Source: a virus
Strand: one strand, 5' to 3'
DNA: 64,000 bases
Virus record (IMG/VR): IMGVR_UViG_3300032770_000017
Location: 1 to 64,000 of that record
The position numbers and the translations under genes were made by a program. Positions 8,839 through 18,411 of the stretch are shown one piece after another (the first letter of the stretch is position 1; every line of letters starts with the position of its first letter). A model generated the notes under the pieces. The model was given only the letters and a program-made list of their open reading frames with translations. It was not told the DNA's origin and made no database searches.

Positions 8839-9653
8839 AGCAACGTCTCGTGGCCCAGGACCATGTCGGCCAGTGGTCGGCCGAGGTCAGCAAGGCCATG
8901 CACGCGGCCTCCGACCGCATGCGCCGCTCGGTAGGCCAGCAGTTGACCGCCCACGGCCTCACTTGGGACACGCCGGTCCGTTCGAGTCCGGCGACGTTGT
9001 TCGATCCGAGCGCCTGGGCTGCGGCGGTCAACGCGGAGGTTGTCCCAATCGCGCAGAAGGCGGCACGTGCCACGTGGAACGCGGCCAGGGGCAAGCTCCC
9101 TCAGCGGGCGGTGGCGGGCGCGCCCAACCCAGTCGACCGCCTGACGGCCATGATCGTCGACCGGGCCATGCAGGGCGGCTCGGGCATCTCCCGGCGCATG
9201 GGCACGCTGGCAGTCACGGCGGCAGGCGTGGACATGGACGCCGTGCGGGCGAAGATCAACGCCGCGCCCACGTTGCCGCTGCACCCGACCAACCAGCCGA
9301 CCGTCGGGACGGCCTATCAGCAGGCCTACCAGGCGCTGGACCAGCTCGTGGCCAGCACCACCGCCCACCTCTCCGACGCGGCCACTGCCATCTTGGGCGA
9401 GACGGCTCAGGCGAATCTCGGCGCCACCGTCACCCACACCTGGAATACGCAAGAGGACGACAAGGTGCGCGACTCGCATGAGGTGCTCGACGGCGTGGAC
9501 GCCGACGCTGGCGATTCGTGGACCAGCGGGCTCGGCAATGAACTGATGTACCCGGGTGATGGGCCGGATGAGGACGCCTGCAATTGCCGCTGCTTCCTGT
9601 CCACGAACGTGCTCGATCAGGCTGGCGAGGTCGAGTCCTCCGACGTGGCATGA
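8835..9653 (+). CDS. Phage head morphogenesis (MuF/gp7-like) protein
   Basis: C-terminal W.TQEDDKVRDSH..LDG...LMYPGD..CNCRC; GTGA overlap start. Confidence 0.8.
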   Translation: MKQRLVAQDHVGQWSAEVSKAMHAASDRMRRSVGQQLTAHGLTWDTPVRSSPATLFDPSAWAAAVNAEVVPIAQKAARATWNAARGKLPQRAVAGAPNPVDRLTAMIVDRAMQGGSGISRRMGTLAVTAAGVDMDAVRAKINAAPTLPLHPTNQPTVGTAYQQAYQALDQLVASTTAHLSDAATAILGETAQANLGATVTHTWNTQEDDKVRDSHEVLDGVDADAGDSWTSGLGNELMYPGDGPDEDACNCRCFLSTNVLDQAGEVESSDVA

Positions 9654-9874
9654 GCCTCGGCCGCAAGGTGGCGCGCCGCATTCAGCCCGGCCGCGCCAAG
9701 CGCTGCCCGTGGTGTGTGCAGTGGATGACCCATTCGGTCCTCTCGTCCACCGGCCGCGTGCTGGCCGAGGGATGCGCGTTCCATTGCCGGGCCTACGCAG
9801 CAGGGGCGAAGATGCCGCCGTTGATGGCTACCGGACCCCGCTCCGTGCCATAGGCGGATAGTCCTTCGGGCCTA

Positions 9875-9903
9875 TTGACTCCCATCCTAACCGAGGTTAC
9901 CGT
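9875..9903 (+). promoter_or_regulatory. Putative promoter with ATCCTAA half-site
   Basis: TTGACT-17-TACCGT; spacer begins CCCATCCTAA, as at 3245. Confidence 0.55.
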
Positions 9904-9944
9904 CCCACGGAGCGTGGTGACGACCACGGTAAGAGAGGGGGCCA

Positions 9945-11303
9945 ATGGCGCCGCGGCACAGCAAACGGCAGCGAGCACGCGAGCGCTCCCGCCAGGCGCG
10001 GGCTGCGGCCCAGGCCATCGAACGGGAGAAGTGGGCCAACGGTGAGATCGACCGCCGCAACTCTCGCCTGCCCGCCCACTGGTCGCCGTGGGCCAAACTC
10101 CTCGGCGCCACCGCGGTGCCTGCCACGGTCGTGTTCGGCATGGCCGCGGGCGCGGCCGCGTCACCGACGGTGCAGATCGCGGCCTGCACTACGGTCAAGG
10201 CCCAACCGGGCGACACGGTCGCCGGGCTCGTCTATTCGTGGGGCCTCGACTGGCGGAACATGGGCGACGTCTGGCAGGTGGCACAGGCCAACCCGGCCAT
10301 GGCCGACCCCAACGTCCTCGCCGTGGGCCAGACTGTGACCGACTGCCCGGGACCGGCGCCGAGCGGAGTCGGTACCGGCCCGGGCATCACGCTCACTCCC
10401 GGGCAGTCGCTGATCACGCTGGAGGACGCGGCCACAGGGCACTGGACGTGGCCCATTCCCGTGTGGCACCTGGCCCAGCTCAATCCCGGGCTCATCGCGC
10501 CCTTCGGCCTGCCCGCGGGCACGGTCGTGCACCTGCTCGACGCTCAGCCTGCGACGAACTTTGCCCCGAGCACTTATAAGCCTCCCGTGGCCGCTCAGAT
10601 CGCCCCCAAGCCTGCGCCCACGCCAGTTCCGGCGCCGCGGCCTGTCCCTGCCCTGCCGCCTGCCACGCTGCCGCCTGATCCTCCCAAGATCGTGGCCGAG
10701 CCCGAGCAACCGGCCCCGCCACCGGTCGATCCGCCGACGACGCCTCCCCCCACGTCGCCGACCACCTCCGCGCCTGTCGCTGCCGTCGCCCCCTCCGGCG
10801 TGGTCGCGGCAGGCGCGGCGCCCACCTTCGGCGCTGAGCACCCCTCGGTGGCCGCACTGGGCGCCATGATCCATTCGGGCTACGCCGGCAATCCCGACCC
10901 TGCCAACCCTGCCGTGGTCGCCCACGACTTCGCCCAGATGGCCGTGGACGACCCCACGCTCACGGTCAAGGGCGACGCCTGGCTGATCGGCGGCTTCATC
11001 CAAGAGTCCGGCCTGTCGCCGGCCGCCGACAACCCCCGCGAGGGCGCGCACGGGCTCGGCCAGTGGCGTGATGCCTACGGACGCCACTGCGGTGACTCGG
11101 CCGATGGTGACGCCCAGTTGGCCTGTGCGGCCACGGAACTGGAGCTGCACTACCCGACCGCCCAGGCGGTGCTCAGCGACCCCAACGCCACGCCTGAGGC
11201 CCTCGACGGGGCAGAGAAGACGTACGAGGGCTACGGCAAGGCCGGGCGCCGCGGCGAGTACGCCCGGGGCATCGCCGGCCAGATCCTGGGGGCGCAGCCG
11301 TGA
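9945..11303 (+). CDS. Exported LysM-domain protein with C-terminal phage-tail-type lysozyme domain
   Basis: TM/signal segment, LysM (QPGDTV..QANP..DPNVLAVGQ), Pro-rich linker, G.FIQESGL.P...GAHGLGQWR. Confidence 0.8.
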   Translation: MAPRHSKRQRARERSRQARAAAQAIEREKWANGEIDRRNSRLPAHWSPWAKLLGATAVPATVVFGMAAGAAASPTVQIAACTTVKAQPGDTVAGLVYSWGLDWRNMGDVWQVAQANPAMADPNVLAVGQTVTDCPGPAPSGVGTGPGITLTPGQSLITLEDAATGHWTWPIPVWHLAQLNPGLIAPFGLPAGTVVHLLDAQPATNFAPSTYKPPVAAQIAPKPAPTPVPAPRPVPALPPATLPPDPPKIVAEPEQPAPPPVDPPTTPPPTSPTTSAPVAAVAPSGVVAAGAAPTFGAEHPSVAALGAMIHSGYAGNPDPANPAVVAHDFAQMAVDDPTLTVKGDAWLIGGFIQESGLSPAADNPREGAHGLGQWRDAYGRHCGDSADGDAQLACAATELELHYPTAQAVLSDPNATPEALDGAEKTYEGYGKAGRRGEYARGIAGQILGAQP

Positions 11304-11524
11304 AGCACCGTCGCCGCGACGACGAACTCGACGAGGCGCTCGACGTGCTCGGCGACGACCGGCCGCTGTTCGCCCATCACACGCCCGAGCCCCGGCCCAC
11401 CGAGCCCGAGATGATCCTGCCCGACCTGCCGCCGCCGCACGGCCGCAAGGCCCACCGCCGCAAGCGCCGTCTCGGCGACCTGACGATCCAACTGGGCGAC
11501 ACGCTTCGAGGAGGCCAACGATGA
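11300..11524 (+). CDS. Hypothetical protein
   Basis: Coupled on both sides. Confidence 0.5.
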   Translation: MKHRRRDDELDEALDVLGDDRPLFAHHTPEPRPTEPEMILPDLPPPHGRKAHRRKRRLGDLTIQLGDTLRGGQR

Positions 11525-12291
11525 GCACGATCCCCTACGCCGCGGGCAAGCGCGGCCTCGGCCTGGGCGTCAAGGTCGCCGCGGTGGCGATGGCCGGGCT
11601 GGTCGGCTTCGCCGGGGTGGACAAGCTCACGGGCTGGAGCCCGGTGCACTTCGGCTCGGTGCACGTCCCGGTTCCCCACCTGCCGCCGCTGTCGCACACG
11701 ACGCAGGGGCCGACCAAGATCGAGATCGCCCTCCAGCAGGTGCGCAACCTCCACGACCTGTCGGTGTTGTCGGCGAGCTACGGCTGGTCCGAGGACGTCT
11801 CGTCCAGCCACCAGACGCTCGGGATCACCACCGGCCATTCTCGCCACCACTTCGCCGTGTCGGGCTCGGCGACGTTCTCGGTCGACTTCGACCAGGCGGC
11901 GTTCTCCTCGGGCCCGCAGTCGGTGACGTACTACCTGCCCGCGCCCGTCCCCGGCCCGGTGGCGATCGACCCGACGAGCGTGAAGGAGATCAACTCCTGC
12001 TCGCACGACCTCGGGCCGGCGCACATCAGCCGCTCGTGTGGCGTGGACCCGGTGGCGCTGGAGGAGCAGGGCCAGGCGTCAATGGCCAAGACGGCAGCCG
12101 CCGACACCGCCCGCATCGACCAGGCGCGCGGCGACGTGGCCACCCTGCTCGCCTGCATCGTCCAACCAACAGGCTGGAGCGTCTCGGTGGCCTGGGACGA
12201 CCAGACCAAGCCGCCCGCCGCCGCCTCGTGCAGCAAGCCCCTACCCCAGCGCCTTGTTCCCTACGCGCCCACCACGACCGGAGCACCGTGA
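11521..12291 (+). CDS. DUF4230-like membrane-anchored protein
   Basis: GAGGAGG RBS; N-terminal TM; LQQVRNL.DL....Y, G.A.FSVDF, LPAP motifs. Confidence 0.65.
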   Translation: MSTIPYAAGKRGLGLGVKVAAVAMAGLVGFAGVDKLTGWSPVHFGSVHVPVPHLPPLSHTTQGPTKIEIALQQVRNLHDLSVLSASYGWSEDVSSSHQTLGITTGHSRHHFAVSGSATFSVDFDQAAFSSGPQSVTYYLPAPVPGPVAIDPTSVKEINSCSHDLGPAHISRSCGVDPVALEEQGQASMAKTAAADTARIDQARGDVATLLACIVQPTGWSVSVAWDDQTKPPAAASCSKPLPQRLVPYAPTTTGAP

Positions 12292-12872
12292 CCATCTACG
12301 ACCAGGACGAACCGACGATCGCCTACTGGGAGGAGTGTGACTTTCCCGGTAATAATATTCGGGCAAAAGTCACACCCCGCTCTGGCCAGCACTTTCGCGG
12401 CCAATCGCGCCATCCGCTGGCCAAGGGCGTCGCCATCGGCCTCCTGATCGCCGTAGGGCTGGCCGGGCTCATGTTCGGCGCCGTCTACGCCGTGAGGCCC
12501 CAGCACCCGGCTGTGGTGCGCCTCAGGGCCGTCTCAACGCCTCCTACGACTATCACCCCTCCCACGACCGCCGCGGCGCCCACGACGGCCGTACAGGCGG
12601 CTACCACGACCACTGTGCAGCCCGGGCCTCCGATGACGATCATGGCCAGCGCCCAGGCGGTGCCCAACCCGGTGATGACCAAGGTCCCCGGCGTGATCTA
12701 CACGGCCCAGGTCTACCCGGGCGCGCCGCAGATGGGCTTCGTGGCTGGTGACCACCCGGGCGTGGTGGACCCCGATGGCCGGAGCGTCTCGCAGTACCTG
12801 GCGGCCATGGGCCTGCCGGCCGGGACGCGGGTGGCCGTGGTGGGCTCGGTGGTCGTCGGCTACGTGCCCTGA
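12288..12872 (+). CDS. Membrane protein with Thr/Pro-rich stalk
   Basis: GTGA overlap; TM helix then PTT repeats. Confidence 0.6.
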   Translation: MTIYDQDEPTIAYWEECDFPGNNIRAKVTPRSGQHFRGQSRHPLAKGVAIGLLIAVGLAGLMFGAVYAVRPQHPAVVRLRAVSTPPTTITPPTTAAAPTTAVQAATTTTVQPGPPMTIMASAQAVPNPVMTKVPGVIYTAQVYPGAPQMGFVAGDHPGVVDPDGRSVSQYLAAMGLPAGTRVAVVGSVVVGYVP

Positions 12873-12915
12873 GATTTCCCCTCAAGTCCACGCCTGGCCG
12901 GACGATAGATAGGGC

Positions 12916-13146
12916 ATGACCCTCACCCGATTCCTCAACCGCCGGGACTCGTCCTTCGACACACAGGACGGCCCCCTGACTCAGCGTGACCTCGCCAGCC
13001 GCGGCTTCGGTTCGCTCGACGACCGCCTTGCTCCGGTGCTGCCCGAGTCCGTGCGCCTCGACGATGCCATGGCATCCGAGGAGCCCATGGACCTGTCCGT
13101 GATCGTGCCCCGTCCCGCCGGCCGCCACTACCGGACCGAGTCATGA
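12916..13146 (+). CDS. Hypothetical protein
   Basis: ORF coupled to next. Confidence 0.45.
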   Translation: MTLTRFLNRRDSSFDTQDGPLTQRDLASRGFGSLDDRLAPVLPESVRLDDAMASEEPMDLSVIVPRPAGRHYRTES

Positions 13147-13340
13147 CACTTCAGATCACGACCGATATGTCCGAAGGCAAGCGCGCTTGCCTCAAGGAAG
13201 GCCCGAAGGCGATCTGCCCCGGTTGCCGCACCGGTGTGCCCCTGCGCGACCACGTTGGCGCCGTGGGTTACGCCGTCTTCTTCTGCCCGAACGGGTGCGA
13301 GCCATTCGGCCCGGGCGTCGAGCGGCGTAAGACCCCTTGA
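13143..13340 (+). CDS. Small CxxC/CxxxC protein
   Basis: ATGA overlap; CPGC..CPNGC. Confidence 0.45.
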   Translation: MTLQITTDMSEGKRACLKEGPKAICPGCRTGVPLRDHVGAVGYAVFFCPNGCEPFGPGVERRKTP

Positions 13341-13364
13341 CTTATTCCTAATAATCGTTAGGAT
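13337..13364 (+). promoter_or_regulatory. Promoter with TCCTAA-N6-TTAGGA palindrome
   Basis: TTGACT-16-TAGGAT upstream of GTG 13374. Confidence 0.7.
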
Positions 13365-13373
13365 CAGTGCTCC

Positions 13374-13559
13374 GTGACCACATTCGCATTCGAGCACCAG
13401 GGCTACCGCTTCCGCGTGAGCCCGCAAGGCCAGGACGGCCTACGCGTCGATGTCTGGCGCGAGGACGACGGCCACAAAGGCGCGCATTGGGAGCGACTGC
13501 CCGAACTGCGCCCCGATGCAGCAAGCGCCGTGGAAATGGCGCGCAAGTCAGTCGCATAA
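13374..13559 (+). CDS. Hypothetical protein
   Basis: Follows promoter. Confidence 0.5.
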   Translation: MTTFAFEHQGYRFRVSPQGQDGLRVDVWREDDGHKGAHWERLPELRPDAASAVEMARKSVA

Positions 13560-13587
13560 TCACCCAGCCAAGGATTGGAGCCTTTCA

Positions 13588-14352
13588 ATGCACTTCCCCC
13601 GTACCCTCGCCCGTCTGGCCCTGGTCAGCGGCCTCTCACTGCTCGGCCTGGTCATCGCCACCGCCGGCCCGGCATCTGCCCACATCGGCCAGATCACCAT
13701 TACCTGCGACACCATCACCGTCCACTGGTTCAATTTCCCGGGCGGCGCCAACTCGGCCACGGTGACGATCAACGGCACGCCCCAGACGGTGGGCTGGAGC
13801 GGCTCGTCGGACACGTTCAGCACCTCCCGGCCGCCTGTAGCGGTCACGGTGTCCTCGGCGTGGACAGCCGACGGCGGCGGCTCGGCTGGCCCGGTGAGCA
13901 ACTCGGGCGACGACTGCCACTTCCCCACGACCACCACCGCAGCACCCACCACCACGGCCGCGCCGACGACAACGACTGAGGCGCCGACCACAACGACCGA
14001 GCAGGTGACCACCACCACCCAACCGGCCGGCTGCGACGACGAGTGCCCCACGACCACGCTGGCGCCTCCTGCGGGCTGCGCGCATGATGAGGTCTGCCCG
14101 GGCACCTGCATCGGCCCTCCGGTGGCCTGCAACCCTCAGCCGACCACTACCATGCCTCCCACGACCGCGGCACCGACCACCCAAGCTCCGACGACGACCA
14201 AGGCGCCTGCCGTGCTCGCCATCCAACCACCCGCTGGTCCCGCCCTGCCGATGACCGGGAGCAGCCCTGTGCTGCCAGCGGTCGGTAGCGGGCTGGTGGC
14301 GTTGGGCCTGATCTCGCTGGGCGCGAGCAAGATGCGGCGGTCGAAGGCGTGA
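13588..14352 (+). CDS. Secreted Thr-rich surface protein with LPXTG sorting signal
   Basis: Signal peptide ending ASA, PTTT repeats, Cys-rich patch, LPMTG + hydrophobic helix + KMRRSKA. Confidence 0.8.
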   Translation: MHFPRTLARLALVSGLSLLGLVIATAGPASAHIGQITITCDTITVHWFNFPGGANSATVTINGTPQTVGWSGSSDTFSTSRPPVAVTVSSAWTADGGGSAGPVSNSGDDCHFPTTTTAAPTTTAAPTTTTEAPTTTTEQVTTTTQPAGCDDECPTTTLAPPAGCAHDEVCPGTCIGPPVACNPQPTTTMPPTTAAPTTQAPTTTKAPAVLAIQPPAGPALPMTGSSPVLPAVGSGLVALGLISLGASKMRRSKA

Positions 14353-14618
14353 TGACTGAGCCGTGCAGGCGTGACTGTTCGTCGTTCCGAGGATGGACGA
14401 TTGAGCACTACCACGCCACCGACCGGCCATCGATCGTGGTGTTCCACACGCCCGAACAGCCGGGAGTGCTCGCAACCATGCACGAGGCGTGGGGCACTGA
14501 CGCCTGTGGCGAGACGGCGGTGTTCCCTACGGCAATAGAGGCCGTCAGGCACGCCAAGCTCCGCTATGGAGCGACCGTGACTCTCGCGGAGGAAGGGCCA
14601 CTTCCTGACCTGACCTAG
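14349..14618 (+). CDS. Hypothetical protein
   Basis: Coupled ORF. Confidence 0.4.
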   Translation: MMTEPCRRDCSSFRGWTIEHYHATDRPSIVVFHTPEQPGVLATMHEAWGTDACGETAVFPTAIEAVRHAKLRYGATVTLAEEGPLPDLT

Positions 14619-14642
14619 TCGCACGGCGTACGCTTCCCGAGC

Positions 14643-17186
14643 GTGACCCCTCGCCCAGGAGGCCAGATGCGACCGTCCCGCTGGCAGCGCCCGATCTTCG
14701 GGCCGTTCCGGAGGCAGGCCCACACGGGCGTGCCAGCCGATCACTTCCGACCCGCTGCGGAGATGACCGCCTATGGCGATGGGGTCAACGTCCTCGTCGC
14801 CCACGGTGAGCATTCCCTCGCCTCACTGGTGGCAGCGGCCTCAGGCGGCACCGACTGGCCGATTGCGGATCGCGATACCGCTTGGGATGGCGCAGCGGCA
14901 GCAAAGGATTGTCAGAAGTGGGCTTCTTCCGATGGCTCCGGTGACAAGGACAAGATCGATTTCACGAAGCTGGGCCGGTGCTTTTTCTGGAAAGACGACT
15001 CCGACGGCGACCCCTCCAATCTTGGAGATTTCAAGCTCGGCTTCGTCGCCAACGATGGCGGGACGATGAAGGCCATCCCCAAGGGCATCTTCGCCGTGGG
15101 CGGCGTCCTTTCCGGGGCGCGCGGCGGTGCCGACCTCGGGGGCGACGAGACGGCGGTCAAGGCCAAGGTGGCAGCGTGGTACCGCAAGCTGGCGGCCAAA
15201 TTCGATGACCCGTCGATCAAGGCCCCGTGGCTGCCCGACAAGGAGTCGAGCGCCAAGAGCAGGATCCTCGCCGCAGTGGACGTGCTGCCAGGCTTCCAGG
15301 CCTCCGAGGCGGCCACCAGCCTGATCGTCGCCATCGACGCGGCGGTGGACGAGCTGATGGAGGAACTGGGCATCGGGGACGACGACGGCGAGGACCAGAT
15401 GTCCGCGGCGGCCGCCGTGGCGCTGCGCCGGGCCCAGTTGGCGTTGGCCAAGGCCGAGATGGGCCCCGACCCCCTCGCGTCGGTGCACCCGCCCTTCACC
15501 GGCCGCCACAGCCATCCCCACTCGGCGTTCGGCCAGCAGGGCGGCGACGCCACCCACAGCCACAGCCACTCCCACAACGGCGACGCCACCCACGTCCACG
15601 CCCACGGGGCCATGGCGGAACTGCCGGAACGGTCAGGGCCGTCGCTGCACAACCTGAGCATCGAGGAGCGCCGACGGGTTGACGGGTCCAATGAGATCAC
15701 CGACCCTGCGGAGTTGGCCGCTCTCGTGGCGAGCGCCTTTGAGGCACGCGGCGGTATCGAGGCATGGTCGGCCCTACGTGCCTCTCTGGGACTCACCGCG
15801 GCGACCGGGGCGGACGGCAAGGTAGTCCCTGCCGCTTGGCACGGCTATGACGCGGTCGAGGGCATTCGCACTGACGATGGCCGAGAACTGTGTGCGGAGG
15901 CGTGCCTGTTCCCTGACCTGCCTGTGAGCATCCGGCTTCTCCTCGAAGATCAGGGCGGCCACTGGGGTGCGGTCACAGCGGGCCGCGTGGACACGATGGA
16001 ACGGGTGCCGCTCGGTCCTATCAGTGCGATCTACTCCGAGGGCATGTTCGGGTCAGACCCGAATGGGCAGCTCGCCGAGTTGATGGTGGCGGAACAGACG
16101 CAGCGGTTCCTTTCTATTGACCCTCGGCCTGACTTCGTCGGCGAGGTGGTATCGGTCACGATCTCAACCGGCGATGGCGATGGGTATTTCGGGGAACTGG
16201 ACGATGTGGCGGTCGACACCTGGCTGCGGATCCAGTCCTGCACCATCGGGGCCGTGACCATCGTCCCCATCCCGGCCTATCCCCAGTGCGTCATCACGCT
16301 TGCCGATCAGGCGCTCCCAGAGGCTCCCATTGCCATTGCGTCGGCACCTCCCGGCTTGCCGGCGGTGACTGCCGCTGGAGGCCCTGTAAGACCCTCTCGC
16401 AAGGCTTTCGACAACCCCGGGTTCTATGTGGGCGATCCTCGTCTGGTGCGCCAGAAGTCTGGCGACTACGCGTGCCCAGCCACGGTCAGCGAGGACGGCT
16501 CGCGCTGTTGGGGCCATCTTGCTGCCTGGAAGACGGCGCATACGGCCGGCGTGCGTGACGAGTACGGCCAACCACGCAAGCCCCCTCGCTCCAAGACCAA
16601 CTACGCCTACTTCCTCACAGGCGTTGTCGTCTGCGAGGACGGTAGCGAGGTCCCCGTGGGCAATCTGACCATGGGGACCGGACACGCCAGTGTGTACGCG
16701 CCGCTCCCCGACGTGCTCGCCCACTATGACGGCGGTTACGGTGCTGTATGCGTTGCGGACGTGACGGTGGGTGAGGACGATTTCGGCATTTGGTTCGCAG
16801 GGGCCATGCGTTCGGAGCTGACCGATGAGCAACTCAGGGAGTTCAGAGCGACGAACCTGTCGGGGGACTGGCGCAACCTTGGCGGCAACCTCGAACTGGT
16901 GGCCGTGCTTGCTGGCGTCCCTTCCCCCGGGTTCCCGATCGCGCGCCGAGCGGTGACGGCCGCTGGGACTCCCGTTTTCGCAGATGGCGAGGCGATGATC
17001 GCGGCCATGAACGGCGATCGCTGCCTCGCTCTTGTGGCGGCAGGGGTGGTGCAGAGGATCGATCCGTTGGAGCGACTGGCGGCTTTGGAGCGGGCCCATG
17101 AAATTCTATGGGCCGATTACCAGTCTCTCGCGGCTCGGGTACGCCCCATCGAACTGGAGCGATTGCGGGCTCAGTCGGGTCTGTGA
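14643..17186 (+). CDS. Capsid maturation protease/scaffold-associated multidomain protein
   Basis: N-terminal WDGAAA..FKL..GARGG domain; C-terminal GEDDFGIWFAGA..LSGDWR..LELVAVL..PGFPIAR, as in cluster-B-type maturation proteins. Confidence 0.75.
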   Translation: MTPRPGGQMRPSRWQRPIFGPFRRQAHTGVPADHFRPAAEMTAYGDGVNVLVAHGEHSLASLVAAASGGTDWPIADRDTAWDGAAAAKDCQKWASSDGSGDKDKIDFTKLGRCFFWKDDSDGDPSNLGDFKLGFVANDGGTMKAIPKGIFAVGGVLSGARGGADLGGDETAVKAKVAAWYRKLAAKFDDPSIKAPWLPDKESSAKSRILAAVDVLPGFQASEAATSLIVAIDAAVDELMEELGIGDDDGEDQMSAAAAVALRRAQLALAKAEMGPDPLASVHPPFTGRHSHPHSAFGQQGGDATHSHSHSHNGDATHVHAHGAMAELPERSGPSLHNLSIEERRRVDGSNEITDPAELAALVASAFEARGGIEAWSALRASLGLTAATGADGKVVPAAWHGYDAVEGIRTDDGRELCAEACLFPDLPVSIRLLLEDQGGHWGAVTAGRVDTMERVPLGPISAIYSEGMFGSDPNGQLAELMVAEQTQRFLSIDPRPDFVGEVVSVTISTGDGDGYFGELDDVAVDTWLRIQSCTIGAVTIVPIPAYPQCVITLADQALPEAPIAIASAPPGLPAVTAAGGPVRPSRKAFDNPGFYVGDPRLVRQKSGDYACPATVSEDGSRCWGHLAAWKTAHTAGVRDEYGQPRKPPRSKTNYAYFLTGVVVCEDGSEVPVGNLTMGTGHASVYAPLPDVLAHYDGGYGAVCVADVTVGEDDFGIWFAGAMRSELTDEQLREFRATNLSGDWRNLGGNLELVAVLAGVPSPGFPIARRAVTAAGTPVFADGEAMIAAMNGDRCLALVAAGVVQRIDPLERLAALERAHEILWADYQSLAARVRPIELERLRAQSGL

Positions 17187-17252
17187 TATAAATGGACCGG
17201 GCGGCGCCGCGAACGCCCCCGGTCCTGGCCGATCCTCTGTGGAAGGAACGAC
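17184..17252 (+). promoter_or_regulatory. Promoter plus conserved two-hairpin leader (copy A)
   Basis: TG.TATAAA; GGACCGGG-C-GGCG/CGCC-CCCGGTCC; CGATCCT/AGGAACG over RBS. Confidence 0.7.
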
Positions 17253-17927
17253 ATGGTTCACGGTACCTGCTCTGTGCCAGATTGCACCAGACCCGTTTAC
17301 GTGAGGTCCTGGTGTGTGGCCCATTACCAGCGTTGGCGCAAATACGGTGATCCTGCCTACCCGGTAAGAAGGACGGTGCAAAACCTCGGTTTGCCATGCA
17401 ATGTGGCCGGATGTAGCCGTCCCGCCTTCCTGCGCGGTATGTGCGGACCCCACTACCGCAGGTTCAAGAGCACTGGGACGACCGATCTGAGCCCGAGGCC
17501 TCGACGGTCGAAGGGCCCCTCTATCTGCAAGATCGAAGGATGCGACTCGATCGTTGAAGCCCACGGCTGGTGCCGTGTGCATCACTGGCATTATCAAGCC
17601 CACGGTGATCCGCTAGCAGGCCGTTTCCATGCAAAGGCTGGCGAGGGTTGGATCAACAAGAAGGGTTATCGAATGGTCCGACGGGGCAAAGGTCGGTCGA
17701 GGCCTGAGCATTGTTGGGTCATGGAGGAAATGCTCGGCCGGCCGCTAATGGTCGGTGAAGAAGTCCACCACATCAATGGCCAGAAAGCCGATAACCGCCC
17801 GCAGAACTTGGAGTTGTGGTCAAGATCGCATCCGGCTGGTCAGCGGGTAGAGGATCTGGTCGCGTGGGCTCGGGAGATCCTGGCCCGCTACGGCGACGAC
17901 TTCGTCCAGCCCAGGTTGTTGCTGTAG
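17253..17927 (+). CDS. HNH homing endonuclease with repeated Cys/His zinc motifs
   Basis: C....C...C..HY repeats; EH..VMEE.LGR.L...EEVHHING.KADNRPQNLELW. Confidence 0.9.
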   Translation: MVHGTCSVPDCTRPVYVRSWCVAHYQRWRKYGDPAYPVRRTVQNLGLPCNVAGCSRPAFLRGMCGPHYRRFKSTGTTDLSPRPRRSKGPSICKIEGCDSIVEAHGWCRVHHWHYQAHGDPLAGRFHAKAGEGWINKKGYRMVRRGKGRSRPEHCWVMEEMLGRPLMVGEEVHHINGQKADNRPQNLELWSRSHPAGQRVEDLVAWAREILARYGDDFVQPRLLL

Positions 17928-17955
17928 GCGCCTTCACAGTGGTAAGGATGGCCGC

Positions 17956-18411
17956 GTGAACACCGGCGCAGGCGTCGAAGTGGACGTGATCACCACCTGC
18001 GACCCAGAGGGCTACGGTCACGTCGGGCTCATCCTGTTGGAGGACGACGGCAAGCACCGGTGCTCGATCTGCCATGAGGAGGCCGACCCGGGCGTGGACG
18101 ACGGCAACGTGACCATCGAAACGCGGGTGACGGGTAAGGGCGCGTTGATGCCCACCCTGCGCCCACCGTGCGAGCACACCGGCGTCACGCAGCAGGTGTT
18201 CTACGCCGTCACCCGCAATGACGCGGGCGTGGTCATCGACCGGGCGGCCAAGGTCAAGCTGAGGTGCTCGTCTTGCGGGCGACCGATGCGGTGGGTCATC
18301 CCCTCGGCGCATTTCTCCGAGGTCGACGGCGAGCGGGGCCTGGTCTGTTCGGTGGTGGCGATGACCGATACCGAGGCCGAGGATGGCTGGCAGGCGGTGG
18401 CCGAGGAATGA
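17956..18411 (+). CDS. Hypothetical Cys-rich protein
   Basis: CSIC, CSSC; TAAGGAT just upstream. Confidence 0.55.
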   Translation: MNTGAGVEVDVITTCDPEGYGHVGLILLEDDGKHRCSICHEEADPGVDDGNVTIETRVTGKGALMPTLRPPCEHTGVTQQVFYAVTRNDAGVVIDRAAKVKLRCSSCGRPMRWVIPSAHFSEVDGERGLVCSVVAMTDTEAEDGWQAVAEE

